Of a stretch of 64,000 nt of DNA, positions 1 through 12,589 are shown piece by piece; within the stretch, counting starts at the first letter, position 1, and every line of letters starts with the position of its first letter. The notes beneath the pieces were generated by a model. The model was not told the origin of the DNA and did no database searches. It was given only the letters and a program-made list of their open reading frames with translations. Source of the DNA: Lingula anatina (taxonomy: Eukaryota > Animalia > Brachiopoda); NCBI GenBank assembly GCA_051362555.1, contig CM120647.1, forward strand, positions 15,600,651 to 15,664,650, written 5' to 3'. The translations under genes were made by a program, and so were the position numbers.

Positions 1-1106
1 CTGTAGGTTTTGCACTCTGTAAAAACGCTACATTTTTTACTCAAGAAATTGGCCCATCGCCTTTTTATTTAATTCTTCTTATATAGCATACGCAACTAAA
101 CACTTGCTGTTGTTTTCCCATTATTTTCCCCAAAGCTGAATGAAAAATGGGGATTAATTAAGCAAAGAGGATAATAAGTATGCATTCTTGCGGCCATAGG
201 ACTTTGACGACCCAACTTACAAATCAATTGTTTATATTTAATATTTGAATATTTTTTCTTTTAAGCTACGACATATGAATAAGCTACCACCAAGCATGTC
301 ACATCCCTATCACATTTGAAAGTTTGGTGGTGAAAACCTTTGTCAAAATTGAGAATGTTTTCAAAAGGCATTCATCTTACTACCTGTAGGATTTGGATTG
401 ACATTTTCTACATTTCTTTTTTTCGCATTAGATAATTTCAGTGCTCAAGGTCCTACCTGTGGCACTTGGTTAATTGCAATTAGGTAGCTGCCAGGGCTGT
501 GAGATGTTTGGTAGTAGCCTTGTGATCTCAAGTTGATTGCAATAAAGCAATGACCACAGGCATTCCAGTGCTCCAGGCCTTACCTGTGGTACTTGGTAAA
601 TTGCAATTAGGGGGAGTCAAATTTTCGTGGGGGAGTCAGATTTTCATTGTGTGCACATTTTTAATTTTCTTATTTTTTCATGAAAATTTTCAGCTGCAAA
701 CTACAAAAAAGTGCCAATGTATCCTCCATTTTACATACTACAAGATCACAGTCATATACTCAAATAAAATGAGATTTAGGCATTTTTGTTGGAAGGAGTC
801 AAATGTTCACGGGGGAGTCAGATTTTCATTATGTGCACATTTTTAATTTTCTTATTTTTTCATGAAAATTTACACCTGCAAACTATAAAAAAAGTGCCAA
901 TGTATCCTCCATTATGCATACTACAAGATCATAGTAATTTACTCAAATAAAATTAGATTAATGAATGTTTTTTGAGGGGGAGTCAAATTTTCATGGGGGG
1001 AGTCACATTTTCATTATGAAAATCTTTCATGGGAGTCAGATTTTCATAATGAAAAGCTGACTGGGGAGTCATATTTTAGGGGAGTCAGATTTTCATGGTA
1101 CATCTG
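1..1106. mobile_element. Right end of a probable DNA transposon inserted in the last intron of a peptide-gene copy
   Basis: ~200-bp direct duplication (~610-810 and ~810-1010) and clustered GGGAGTCAGATTTTCAT motifs up to 1097. At 1107 the sequence switches abruptly to TATTGTTGTGAGAAATTGTGAGA, homologous to ~6848 and ~16414, where this element is absent. The left end lies outside the window. Confidence 0.5.
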
Positions 1107-1326
1107 TATTGTTGTGAGAAATTGTGAGAGTGATAATGGCTCATAAAAACAAGGGATACTAGCACCATAGAAAAATTTTTAAACTAACAAATACAGTTTG
1201 CTCAAAGTTATCAATTGATGAACAAGATGAACGGTCTTTTCAATTTTTTTAGAAAGGGAAAGAGAGAGAAAGAGAAAGACATGGTGTCTGTTCGTGCATG
1301 TGTCAGTGCGTGTGGGTTTGTTTGTT

Positions 1327-1358
<32 letters not shown>

Positions 1359-1568
1359 TGTGTAGGTAAGGGGAGGTGGGAGGAGAAGGAGAGAACCAGG
1401 TTGTGTGTGCGCATGTCATATACTCCGATTGTCGATACTCCGATTCTTTTTGATATAATCTAATGCAACCTTTGTGATGTGCATTCAAATAAGCAAATTC
1501 AAAAAAATCCATCTGTATTCTAAATGGTCAGTTTAATGCAGCGGTTTATTATTTTTCAGTTTATACTT

Positions 1569-1660
<92 letters not shown>

Positions 1661-1665
1661 TTCAG

Positions 1666-1810
1666 AATAGTCTCCAGTCGAGAGGAAGCATGACCAGTTG
1701 GAAAATAGGAAACTTGTTACTCAGCTAAATGTAAAGCTGCTGCATTTGGATTTTTTTGTGAATTTTGTGTTCAACAATAAGTGGTCATAATAAAAATTGT
1801 ATTAAAATAC
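1666..1810 (+). other. Terminal exon of a third Cys-rich peptide gene copy (5' exons upstream of the window)
   Basis: Acceptor TTTTCAG|AATAG at 1665/1666 and AATAAA at 1789-1794; the same arrangement occurs at 7359/7497 and 16916/17049. Confidence 0.55.
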
Positions 1811-2313
1811 GCTGTATTTACTGTATAGTAAACGTTTTAAACATTTGTTGTTGTTGGAAATGGTATGAATGCTTTCTACGCCTCTGCTAGCGTATAAAAA
1901 AAAAAATAATAGAAAAAAAATTGGAATACCAATGTTTCTTGACCAATGTAGATCATTCCACATGGAATACGGTTCTGCCAAAGCACATAAAGTATCAATT
2001 TGTTTCCTGTATTATGAATATATAATTCTTTTCTAATTTTTTGTCAAATGCCTTGCTTAAAAATATTTATTACAGTAGTAATTCTGGCTGTTTTTAACTC
2101 AAACACGAAGACAAATTTCACAGTATTCATACCAGTGTCTCGCGATTAAAAACTAAACAGAAAAAGACTGTAAGTAAGTTTATCAACCACATTTCATGAC
2201 TATAGAAATTTATATCAATTCTTTTAAATTTGTTCTTTGCAGCAAACAAACATAGCAAAAATAATGATATCTTAATATGGATAGAAACATGAACGTGTAT
2301 AATAATAATAATA

Positions 2314-2349
<36 letters not shown>

Positions 2350-2589
2350 AGGAAAAATTCAGATATCCAATAAAAACAATATTAGTTTCTACAAGTTTAG
2401 TGGGCTGCCGTTCTGAACCAAGTAACGGGTAGGTCCGTGGGGGATATGTACTAAATTACCACGCCCTGTATTGGTGAGTGATAAAAAGTGGCTTTAAACT
2501 TGAGTCACTACTCATTCAACCACCAGCACACATTTTGAAAAAAACCGACATGAAGAATTCATAAGAACCAAATGTTAACTTGTAGCATT

Positions 2590-3685
2590 TCAAGTCCGAG
2601 TTGCTGTCTTTATTCTCTTTTTTTCATAAAGTTTTCCGCTGTAGCCATCTGGGCACTCACAGTAGTCGCCAATCAAGTGCCACCGTGCCACCGTTGACAC
2701 ACGCTTTACGGCATTCAATGGTCAGCCTCGCCATGCGCTGTTCTCCAATGAAACCACTTCTGCAGCTGCAGTAAAATAAAGTAATGTGATGAACAGCTTT
2801 CATGAAAGTGCTACGAGATATCACATGGAATTCTATATTCTGATTCTTAATGTATACATATTTTTATATATATTCAATTACGTTTATTTTTATTTGTGTT
2901 CCAGCTTCTGCATTATGTTTATTGAACTGACTAACATACCTACAGACTGGTTCATCATCGTCGTTAAAGATGCAGGTGCCTCCATTGTTACATTAAAGGT
3001 AACAGCCGCCCCCTAACCAGGGATATCTCTTCTTAAACTTCTCATCTTTTTCAACATGAAAGATGAAGCCGCAAATTAAAAGAAACAAGTTTCAATAAAT
3101 AAACAAATAAATAGATAAATAAATACGGATGTTACATATCATATTATCCTAATTTCAAGTCTTATTAGTTAAAATCACTACATGAATGAAACATTCTGTA
3201 TTCCTCCACTTACAATTGATGCATGTTTTCAAGCACTTTCCAAGTGACGTTTTTGCTCCAATTCCACCAGCGCACTGCTTTTCTGGGACACCTTTTCAGC
3301 GTAGCCTACAAGACCATTTTGCCACCTCTAGGCCGTACTGCCCACATCCCTCAGAACCGTTGTCGCCTTTGTAACAGCTACATGTATAAGGTGCCCAAGG
3401 GCTCCAGGCGGCAACTGAAATAATCTTTATGTGAGGCGTTTGCACGTGTTTCACATATTTATAAAGCAACCGCGATTTTGTATTTCTTAACTCTTAATAT
3501 TTTTTAACTCTGAATATTTGTTTAAACGCTGCATCCAAATTCAGTATCGGGAAGCAATAATAATCGTGGTAAAAAACTCACCTTACTGTGCCCTGGTTCT
3601 CCCGCAGCTTCTTAGGCGTGATTCTTCTCTGTAAGTAGCACCAAGACATGGGAGCTTTCCTAGAGATGGTGCAGGGCTATTGCAC
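2590..3685 (-). pseudogene. Duplicated MMP 3' exons (TSP1, TSP1, EGF, EGF), inactivated
   Basis: Homologous to 17770-19094. TTA>TAA stop at 3583-3585, CAA>TAA stop in the EGF exon (~2993-2995), a frameshifting deletion in the last exon, and no upstream MMP exons. Confidence 0.85.
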
Positions 3686-4433
3686 CTTAAATGTCATAAT
3701 TATTTCATTCATTCTCATTTCGTCAGTCTGCTAGAGTTATTCTATTAACATCACGCTATTTATATCACTCACAGGATGCTAGTTGTTATTTTCACCGACA
3801 TGATAGTCGTTCCAGGTTACGAAATCGTTTACTTTAGTCACTGGGTGGCATGGCTCCAGTACAGCTGTCATGACGAGACAAGTTTATAGTATCGGCGATA
3901 AATATTTCAAAATATGATAATTATGCAATTTTATCCGAACGGCAGGCTTAAAAACCAATCATTTGGTGGCAAGACGCCACAAATGTCGTCATCAAGACCC
4001 AAGTTTGTGACACCGTTAATTATTTTAAGTCAGCAGCAATTAACATTTTTATAATATGAATATAAATAATATTAAATTTATGTTACACTTTAACATGCGA
4101 ATAACAACAACAACAAAGAATGAATGTTTTATTTGGTTCCAAAAAGCAAGAGGTAGAAGCTTAGAGAGCAGAAAGAAGGGAGGAAGAATAAATCAGAGAA
4201 GAACAGGCGTGTGAGGCAGGTGTGAAGCAAAAGTCACGCAAAAAGGAACTACTTTCGCCGTGCGTTGCATTATCTTTGTACATGTTTACAAGTGAGTTCC
4301 ACGTACGCAGGAAGCAAGACAAACTCAAGAAATGAGTACAATTTCTACGGTCATCTCACCTTGAAATTAGCGTTCTTGCTTGGAAGGGCATCTGAAGTGG
4401 CCCCTTCGACTCGCAGGGCAGACGTATGCCTTT

Positions 4434-4732
4434 TCATTGAAAATTTTTCTCTACCTCTAGGAACTCCACGGCCTCCACTGCACCCAAAATTCGTAGGGGA
4501 CGTACGGTCTTGAAATTCGGGCGTCCGGTTGTGACTGAGGCTTTATCTTGGAGCTTCCATGTACGAGATGCCGTATTAATTCTTTTCATGCAAAGTTTTC
4601 CGCTGTAGCCATCCGAATTTGCAGTAGTCGTCAATCAAGGTCATCACGCACGTGCCACCATTGACACACCTTTTACGGCATTCATTGGACAGCTGCGTCA
4701 TGTACAGTTTTCCACTAAAACCACTTCTACAG
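4434..4732 (-). pseudogene. Extra isolated copy of the MMP last (EGF) exon with a different 3' continuation
   Basis: Reads [37 protein letters not shown], then a 1-nt frameshift, then DGYSGKLCMKRINTASRTWKLQ...KNFQ*. Confidence 0.7.
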
Positions 4733-5983
4733 CTGCTCTTAAAGTAAAGCAGTATGATGAACAGTTTTAATATAAGTGCTACGAGATATCATATAGTCCT
4801 CTTATTTGGGTATTTTAGATTCGATGTTAAAACAACCCAGTCTGATAACTTTCACGTTATTCAGTGTTAAGATCAATTTTCTACGTTTTGTTAAATAAAG
4901 TTGCTTTGACAAATTGGTGATGGTTTTATTGCGTGACGCTGTATATATAATGGTTAAGGAAATGTTTGAAACAAAAATATCTTGCTGGGACCATATTTCA
5001 TCGTGATTTGTATTATATCCTTATTTTACATCACTGCCGACTACTATTTGAAAGAAAAAAAAGCTGTTTAAATCCGAACTTTAGGAGAGTAGAAAAACCA
5101 ATAGGTACATAAATGAGTACATGAGCTGTTGCTGACATCAATAGTTCAAAATGAAAACTCCAGTGAATTAGATATATTTTAAAGATAAAGGCATGTATCA
5201 TCAGGCAGAAAGTTAGCGATAGGACATATTCATGTCTTTTGTTTGATGCTTGGTGTGTATCAAATACAGCGCCATGTACAATAATCAAATGCAATGAATC
5301 TTCTAGATTTTTCTAAAAGACAAAATGCTGAAACTTGGTCTGGCTTTTAATAAGATTAAAAAAGCAATAAAATGAATGAAATTATTGACAAAAAATCTGA
5401 AAAATAAAAAAAGATAATAAAAATTTAAAGATTGAGAACAATGGAGAGAAAACGAAATGTCGGCTAAGCATTTTGACCAACATTTCATTTACTTCAGTTT
5501 AAGATATTTAGTTGGAACTTTTAAAGAATTAAACAAATAATGGGAATACGGTAGGTGTTTTGAATTAAGGTAAATGTGCTGCAGGAATTACTTTTCAAAA
5601 AAATAATTTACAGATATGTTTGCAAATTTCTGAATTGTTTATTTTATAGTTAATTTCTAGAGAACAAGATTGCTTTCACCAAACGAGTAAACCTTTTTTG
5701 AATATTAATTTTAAAAATGCAACGAGAATTGAATGACTCCTGTCATCGATGAAGATAAACCATGATTGCAAAGTAATTTGGGTTGAAAAACTACAAAAAG
5801 AGAAAAATAATAAAAAATGGGTGCACTTTTACTGTTGGAAGACGCTTTGACTAATGATAATGGTTTTATTGCATAACACTGTCTATTTATGATTCAGGAA
5901 ATTTTTCAAACAGGGAATATCTTACTGGGACCATATTTCATGGCGATACTACTTTATATGTTTCCTTTGTTCGCACAGAATCG

Positions 5984-5990
5984 TATAAAT
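5984..5990 (+). promoter_or_regulatory. TATA box of peptide gene copy 1
   Basis: TATAAAT 100 nt upstream of ATG 6084; conserved at 15554-15560 in copy 2. Confidence 0.6.
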
Positions 5991-6083
5991 AGCGGCTTGG
6001 GTTGCGTAAGATAGCAAGCCTCTTAGTGGAGAACTTATTTCAGAGATTTCAATCTTTTGCTAGGACTGCTTCATTGGAGAAAA

Positions 6084-6703
6084 ATGATGTCGTGCGCCGT
6101 TCTTGTGCTTTTGGTGCTCTTTGCCAGTGTTGCCATAGAAGGTGAGTGAAACAAGTTATACTTCCATAATGACATGCATTATGTAAGGACATTGGTCTGT
6201 AATCTTGTAGTCAAGTAGTTTACTTCACATAGCCGGTTTTCAACAAAATACTAATTGAAAAAAACCTGACAAACCCAGCCGTTTTTCTCCTTCAAGCAAA
6301 ATGGTGCATTACTTTTGTCCCCCCTACCCCAACCCCTGTACAAACGGCAGTAAAGAATGAAGAAGACTCTTGACCAAAAACATGTATTTTGGGTTCGGAA
6401 AGGGCATTGATTGTGCCGGGAATAACTGGCATTATTTTTAAGTGAAATTGGTAAGAATCTGGATTTTATTTCCATTGTGTTACTTTACTTTCCTGATATT
6501 TGAATCTAGAACTTCCACAAAAATGAAAAGTCACATGTTTATCTTTGTATTCTTTTTATTTTTATGTAGACACAGCCGGGCAAATTGCGTATGAAGCTAC
6601 GTGCAACTGCTGTGGTCAGACTTGTAGTAGCGACCATGGGAGTTGCTACTGCGTCGGAACGTACCCCAACTGCCGCTGTGGTGCAATCGATCACACGAAA
6701 TAA
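6084..6703 (+). CDS. Small secreted 8-Cys peptide precursor, copy 1 (63 aa)
   Basis: Exon 6084-6141 (phase-1 GTGAGT donor) plus exon 6570-6703 give MMSCAVLVLLVLFASVAIEDTAG-QIAYEATCNCCGQTCSSDHGSCYCVGTYPNCRCGAIDHTK*. Hydrophobic signal peptide, upstream TATA, probable terminal exon from 7359 with AATAAA at 7497. Confidence 0.85.
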
Positions 6704-7063
6704 AAGGTTCTGTTATCACATATTTCATGGCAGTATTTTCACTAATACATATTCTGACCAGCTACCTGTTCTACATAAAGATGTTGATTATTGTGCTAAC
6801 CTAAGACTGCTAAACCGAGTAGTCAATTCTACAAGTCAATTGAGTGATATTGTTGTGAGAAATTGTGAGAATGAGTTACTGGCTCATAAAAACATGGGAT
6901 ATCAGCACCACAGAAAACTTTCTAAACTATCAAATACAGTTTGCTCAACGGTATCAGTTTACATAAAGACAGAAAAGTCTTTTAGAGAGGGAAAGAGAGA
7001 CGTGGTGAGACGTGGTGTCCGTGCGTGCGAGTGTGAGTGGGTGTGTGTTTGTGTGTTAAAAAC

Positions 7064-7094
<31 letters not shown>

Positions 7095-7277
7095 GGACGG
7101 GGGAAAGAGAGATGTTGGGAAGGTAGAGGGAGATGCGAGGAGAAAGAGAGAACCAAGCTGTGCGTGCGTATTGTCATATCCGATTGTCGATACTCCGATT
7201 CTTTTGTAAAGTAATATAAGGCAAACTTTATAATGTACAGTCAATTAAGCAATTAAAAATGCAACGGCTTATTATTT

Positions 7278-7335
<58 letters not shown>

Positions 7336-8013
7336 TGTTTGTTTGTTTGTTTTTTCAGAATAGCCAGCCTCTCGTCGAGAGGAAGCTTGACCAGTTGAAC
7401 ATACAGAAGAAAACAAGAAACTAGTCACTCAGCTAAATGTAAAGCTGGTGTATTTGGACATTTTTGTGAATTTAGAGTTCAACAATAAGTGGTCATAATA
7501 AAGCTTGTAGTAAACACGCTGTATTTACTGCATAGCCAAAGCTTTAAGCCTTTGTTAACGTTGTTGTTGGAAATCATTTGAATGCTTAATGCGCCTCTCC
7601 CCGCGTATTAAAAACAGTTGAAATACCAATGTTTCTTTCACAAATGTTGTAGATCATTCCATAATCATGGGATGTGGTACTGCTAATGTTTTCTACATTA
7701 TAAGTATAGATTTTTTCATTATTTGTCAAATGCCTCGCTTAGAAATATTTATTACAGTAGTATTTTTGGATGTTTTAAACTCTTTAATGTAGTGTCCAAA
7801 TACAGATTTCACAGTATTCATCCCCATGCTTAGTGATTAAAAACTAAACAGAAAAACACTGAAAGTAAGTTTTTCAAACACATTTCATTTTTATAGAAAT
7901 TTATCTCTATTCTTTTAAATTTCTACTTTGTAGCAAACACACATCGCAAAAATGATCTTGATATGAAAATAAACTTAAACGTGCATAATAATGAAAAATA
8001 CTACTACTACTAC

Positions 8014-8047
<34 letters not shown>

Positions 8048-8285
8048 TAGGAAAAATTCAGATATCCAATAAGAAAAAAATTACTTGCTACATGTTTAGA
8101 GGGCTGCTGTTCTGAATCAAGTAATGGGTAGGTCCGTGTGCGATTTTCAACAAATTACAAAGCCCTGCATTGGTGAGTGATAAGCAGATTTAAACCTGAG
8201 TCACTATTTATTCAACCACCAGCACACATTTTGAAATGACCAATATGAAGAATTCAGAAGAACCGAACATTATCTTGAAACATTT

Positions 8286-8622
8286 CAAGTACCAGTTGCT
8301 GTCTTTACCCTTTTTTTTTTTCAAGAAGTTTTCCCCTGTAGCCATCCGGGCACTCGCAGTAGTCGTCAATCAAGGTCATCACGCCATGCCACCATTGCCA
8401 CACTTTTTACGGCATTCATTGGTCAGCCGTGTCATGCACTCTTCACCACTGAAACCACTTCTACAGCTGCAGCAAATATAAAATACGGTGATGAATAGTT
8501 TTATACAAATGTAAGAGATATCACCCAAAAAAAAAAAAAACAAAAAACAAAAAACAAAAAAAAAAAAAAGACAGAAAAAAAAAAACAATTAAGCGGCTTG
8601 TATATATACTGAATTTATATAC

Positions 8623-8671
<49 letters not shown>

Positions 8672-9502
8672 TTTTCATTTGTGTTCTCTCTTCTGTATTG
8701 TGTTTGGTGAGCTGACTTACATACCTGCAAACTGGTCCATCGTCGTCGTTAAAGACGCAGGTGCCTCCATTGTTACATCAACTTTTTTGAATTGACATAT
8801 TAAGAAATGAAGAAATATTAATATACGAGTACAAATGATACATTGTCGACCACTGACAAAGAGTTTGCAAATGTTTCTCCTGTCTCTTTTTTCACATCAT
8901 CACCCCAATTTCAAGGCTTATTAGTCAAAAGCAATACAATAATGAAGCTTTCTGTTTTCCTCGGTACATGTACATGTTACTTACAGTTGGTGCATGTTTT
9001 CATGCACTTCCCAAGTGACGTGTTTGCTCCAATTCCACCTCCGCACTGCTCTTCTGAGACACGTTTTCCGCGAAGTCTACAAGACCGTGTCGCCACCTCT
9101 AGGCCGTGCTGCCAGGGCCGTAGCCTGAGCAAAATGCCAGGGGGGGCAGTAAGCGAACACGACGGGGCCAAGCCCCCGAGGGGGGAGGGGGTGACCCCCT
9201 ACCAGTGTGGAAAATTCTAAATCCCAGGGGGGGGGGGGCCGCTGCCCCCCTGCCCCCCCCCCCCCCCCGGAGGCTACGGCCCTGGCTGCCCACATCCATC
9301 TGAACCGTTGACGCCTTTGTAACAGCTATAAGGTGCCTAAGAGCTCCAGGCGGCAACTGAAAGAATAATAATAAAAATAATATTAAAAATTAAACAGAAT
9401 GATTGGTTTTATATAGTCCACATAATATTCTTGTATCCCCACAGCGTGGTATATCTGACTATGTGGTGACCACTATCAGATTGACTAACCGCCACTGACT
9501 CT
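8286..9502 (-). pseudogene. Second duplicated set of MMP 3' exons, inactivated
   Basis: 1-nt frameshift in the last EGF exon (…NGGMA*), first EGF exon truncated at ~8780, TSP1 exon split by a MITE (9113-9284), and a degenerate copy of the 19407-19494 exon at ~9420-9500. Confidence 0.8.
9113..9284. mobile_element. MITE (172 bp)
   Basis: TIRs CAGGGCCGTAGCC / GGCTACGGCCCTG; GCTGC duplicated at 9108-9112 and 9285-9289; empty site seen in the paralogous exons (~3335, ~18750). Confidence 0.85.
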
Positions 9503-10479
9503 AACGCTCACAGAAACACTATATAATGTCAATAAAATATGCTAAAATATATCTGACAAATCTAAATATAATTCACATTTAGGGATAGGAAATTTAGATT
9601 GATTTTATTAAAACGATTGGTCTTTAACGCGGTTGAATGCCTCAATTCTATATTAGCACCAATGGGGTTTTAATAGGGTCGCGCCACAAGGTTATTTTCA
9701 GTTGCACCCTGGATTACGCGCGCTTGCTCCGCAAGGTGTCGCTTGTGGTGGGAGGGGGGGGGGGGCGTCACAGCCCATATGGTTACTGTGGCCAAGGTGA
9801 CAGGTACTTCCAAACATTTTATCATAACTGTCATTATTCCTTGTTCTATTCACAAATTTGATATTTTCGGCAATGGAAAATGTGGCAATGGCAAAAGTGG
9901 GTCTAGGTGCATTGACAGGCCGCACAGGTGTCCCAATTGACCGCCGCCAGAGAAGAGACCCCAAGTATTAAACAACACAATCTATAGATATTGGAAAATT
10001 GGCAAAAGTTAAGCAACTGAGGCTTTATTAGATTTGGGGAGAAATCGAGAGTAATGTCCAGTGACATGCCAAACCCCTAAATTCAAGTCTTGGCCCTTGA
10101 CACCTGTAACGCACCCCTTAGTCAAGAATCTGAACAAATCAATGTTGGGCAGGTATGCTCTATATTCTACAGGCGTTTTGTGATTTTATCAACTTGATTG
10201 TCAAGTGCCAGACCTTTTGTTCCCAGGTCCTAGTAGCAAACTTTATCAGATAACAATCTGACACTAACAGCGCTGTAAACCCAGTTATCAATGCTGCCAT
10301 CTTTACCTGTATCTCTACCGGTATTATACCAGTGGTGTGTTTGATATATTTCAGTAGGGAAATATGCTGTGATGCTTATATTTATTTGTAATACGTTAGC
10401 ATTAACCTGTTAATAAAAACTTGGAACCTTTCAATATTATTACACAATAACAGTATAATGATGGGAGCTGTTATGCTTA

Positions 10480-12074
10480 CAGGGTTACCACTTAATATGG
10501 AATATTATTTTTTGGCGGGTAAATTTTCTACAAAATATTTAATTTCTCTCTAACTGCTTTAAATCCAAAGCTGACGCGTCACTCCGTGTGTAGCCAGGTG
10601 TGTTACCTAAGTACCACACAACTCTCGAAACAATTGATGCATGCAGTTGCATGTTCTGTGGTCAGAAATGTGAGGGGTGGTCTTTTCGGCAATTTCTGCC
10701 CTTGTACAAAAACGCATGAGTTTGGTCAATCTTTGGAGTGTGTTAAGAGAAGCAACAACGGGATCGCTCTGAAACTTGACAGGTACTTTAGTGAAGATAT
10801 GGCTCGACAGCTAAGCAACGCAGCTAACTATGGGATTCTTGCTCTCAGAGAATATGGCCAGAAACGGACAGCCATTGCCAGGTAATTCAACATTTATCAG
10901 GAACCGTTTGTGAAGTCCTCCAAAGAAATGCTGCAACAGGGGCAACTACTCCAATACCTCGACCAGGGTGTCCGCGTATCACACTAAGAAGACAGGATCG
11001 CCTTCTCCTTAGAGGACGCCGTGCTGGTCGTACAAAGACAACCAGTGTCCTCAGAAAAGAGAGGCAGAATGTCATTCAAACGTGTGTTAACAGCAGGTCA
11101 TATACAGCGACGTCTGCAATGGGCAGGAGACCACGTGCGTTTGCAGTCAAAACACTGGAATCACGTTGTTTTCAGTGATGAGACCAGATATGGATTTTTT
11201 AGGGTTGAACGTCGAATCCGTGTCCACCGACGTGTACGAGGGGCATAAAACGATGATTGTGTACTGCCTAGGGTGCAAGCAGGGGATGGTAACGTCTCTG
11301 TTTGGGGAGCATTTCATGTCGGTGCCCAGAGCCAGTTGGTTTTTCTAGGAGGCAATCTCATCCAGGATTCCTACAGAGACATTCTACAGCAAACAATGCT
11401 TCGATTGGTAAGAGTCATCTTCAGGAACAACTTTATGTACCAAGACGACTGCACAACCCCACATCGAGGCCGCAGAATCTCTGTTTTTCTTCAAAACCAA
11501 TGGGTTCAGCAATTGCCCTGGCCTGCAAACTCTCTAGATATGAACCCAAATTGAAAATGTGTGGGCGGAAGTAACTCAAAGATTTAATAGCTATGGTCCT
11601 CGGCCGGTAAATAGTGATGAACTGCGACAGGCAAATATCACTGCGTGGAATGATATCCCCACCCAAACTTTAAAAAAGGTGTCACAGGGTATGCCATGTA
11701 GGATGAGGGCGCTGCAAGCGGCTGCTGGAGGTCATACCCGTAATTACTTACTTCTCATGATTTACTGTAGTGAGTTCTTTGACTGTGTAACATATCACTG
11801 TCCGGATGCTATCATTTTGTTTAATATCTTATCTTAAAGTTAATACTGACATCAAACTGTTGATATGGTTTTCTGGGGGTGTTCCTTTCTTTTGAATGGC
11901 ATCTTATGTCAGATTTGATATTATTGACCAAAATATCTCACAACAGAAGACTGGATGTTATTATCACCAGGTGACATACTTTTTAAAGTGACTCAAGCCA
12001 AAAAAAAAAAAAAAATTAATCAGCACTCAAAAATAACAACGATAAAATATATTCCATATTAAGTAGCAACCCTG
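10480..12074 (+). mobile_element. Tc1-like DNA transposon, decayed
   Basis: Imperfect TIRs CAGGGTTACCACTTAATATGGAATAT / ATATTCCATATTAAGTAGCAACCCTG flanked by TA on both sides; internal transposase motifs WNHVVFSDE, VWGAF, YQDDCTTPH, WPANSLDMNPN, GGHT. Confidence 0.92.
10799..11745 (+). pseudogene. Tc1 transposase pseudogene
   Basis: Starts MARQLSNAANYGILALRE; in-frame stop at 10883-10885; the DDE motifs are split across several frames (ORFs 11021-11248, 11273-11554, 11559-11837). Confidence 0.85.
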
Positions 12075-12589
12075 TAGTTAGAAGAAATAATAAAAACAGA
12101 CTATGTGAAGTATATAATGAATTGATTTTATTTGAATTATTTATCTATTTATTTTTCAAACCAATTAATTATCATACATGAAGCTTATTTTTAGAAACAT
12201 CAACATATATTACATTAATATAACCCTGCTGGCACACAGATCTACAGTTCTAAAATGCAAATACCAAGTTCCTTTCACACACCACTGCTGAGATGTGAAT
12301 AATCATATGTATAAAGTAGTAAAAATATCACAAAATGTGTGTAGGAAAGATATTTCTACAAGTAACCTCATTAATCAGTCAGGAAACTTCATAATGCACT
12401 CAATAAATATAGAAATCTGAGCAAGAGAAATTCTACATACAGACATGACAGATTTACCATATATTGCCACCAACCCTAAACTGAATGGGCATAGAAAGAA
12501 CAAAGTGAATCTCCCTCCCATTAAAAATGAATAAAAAATAATTAAAAAAAAAAAAAAACAGATACTGTCATTCTTAATACTGAAAAAAC

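Noticed and set aside
6644-6679. Bowman-Birk-like loop in CYCVGTYPNCRC
   Set aside because: The loop is 8 residues rather than the canonical 9-residue CTxSxPPxC and lacks the conserved Thr, Ser and Pro-Pro.
6585-7214. ORF of 209 aa (and 16153-16371, 72 aa)
   Set aside because: Wrong frame of the peptide exon running into intron and microsatellite sequence. The spliced frame gives a signal peptide plus an 8-Cys peptide conserved in both copies.
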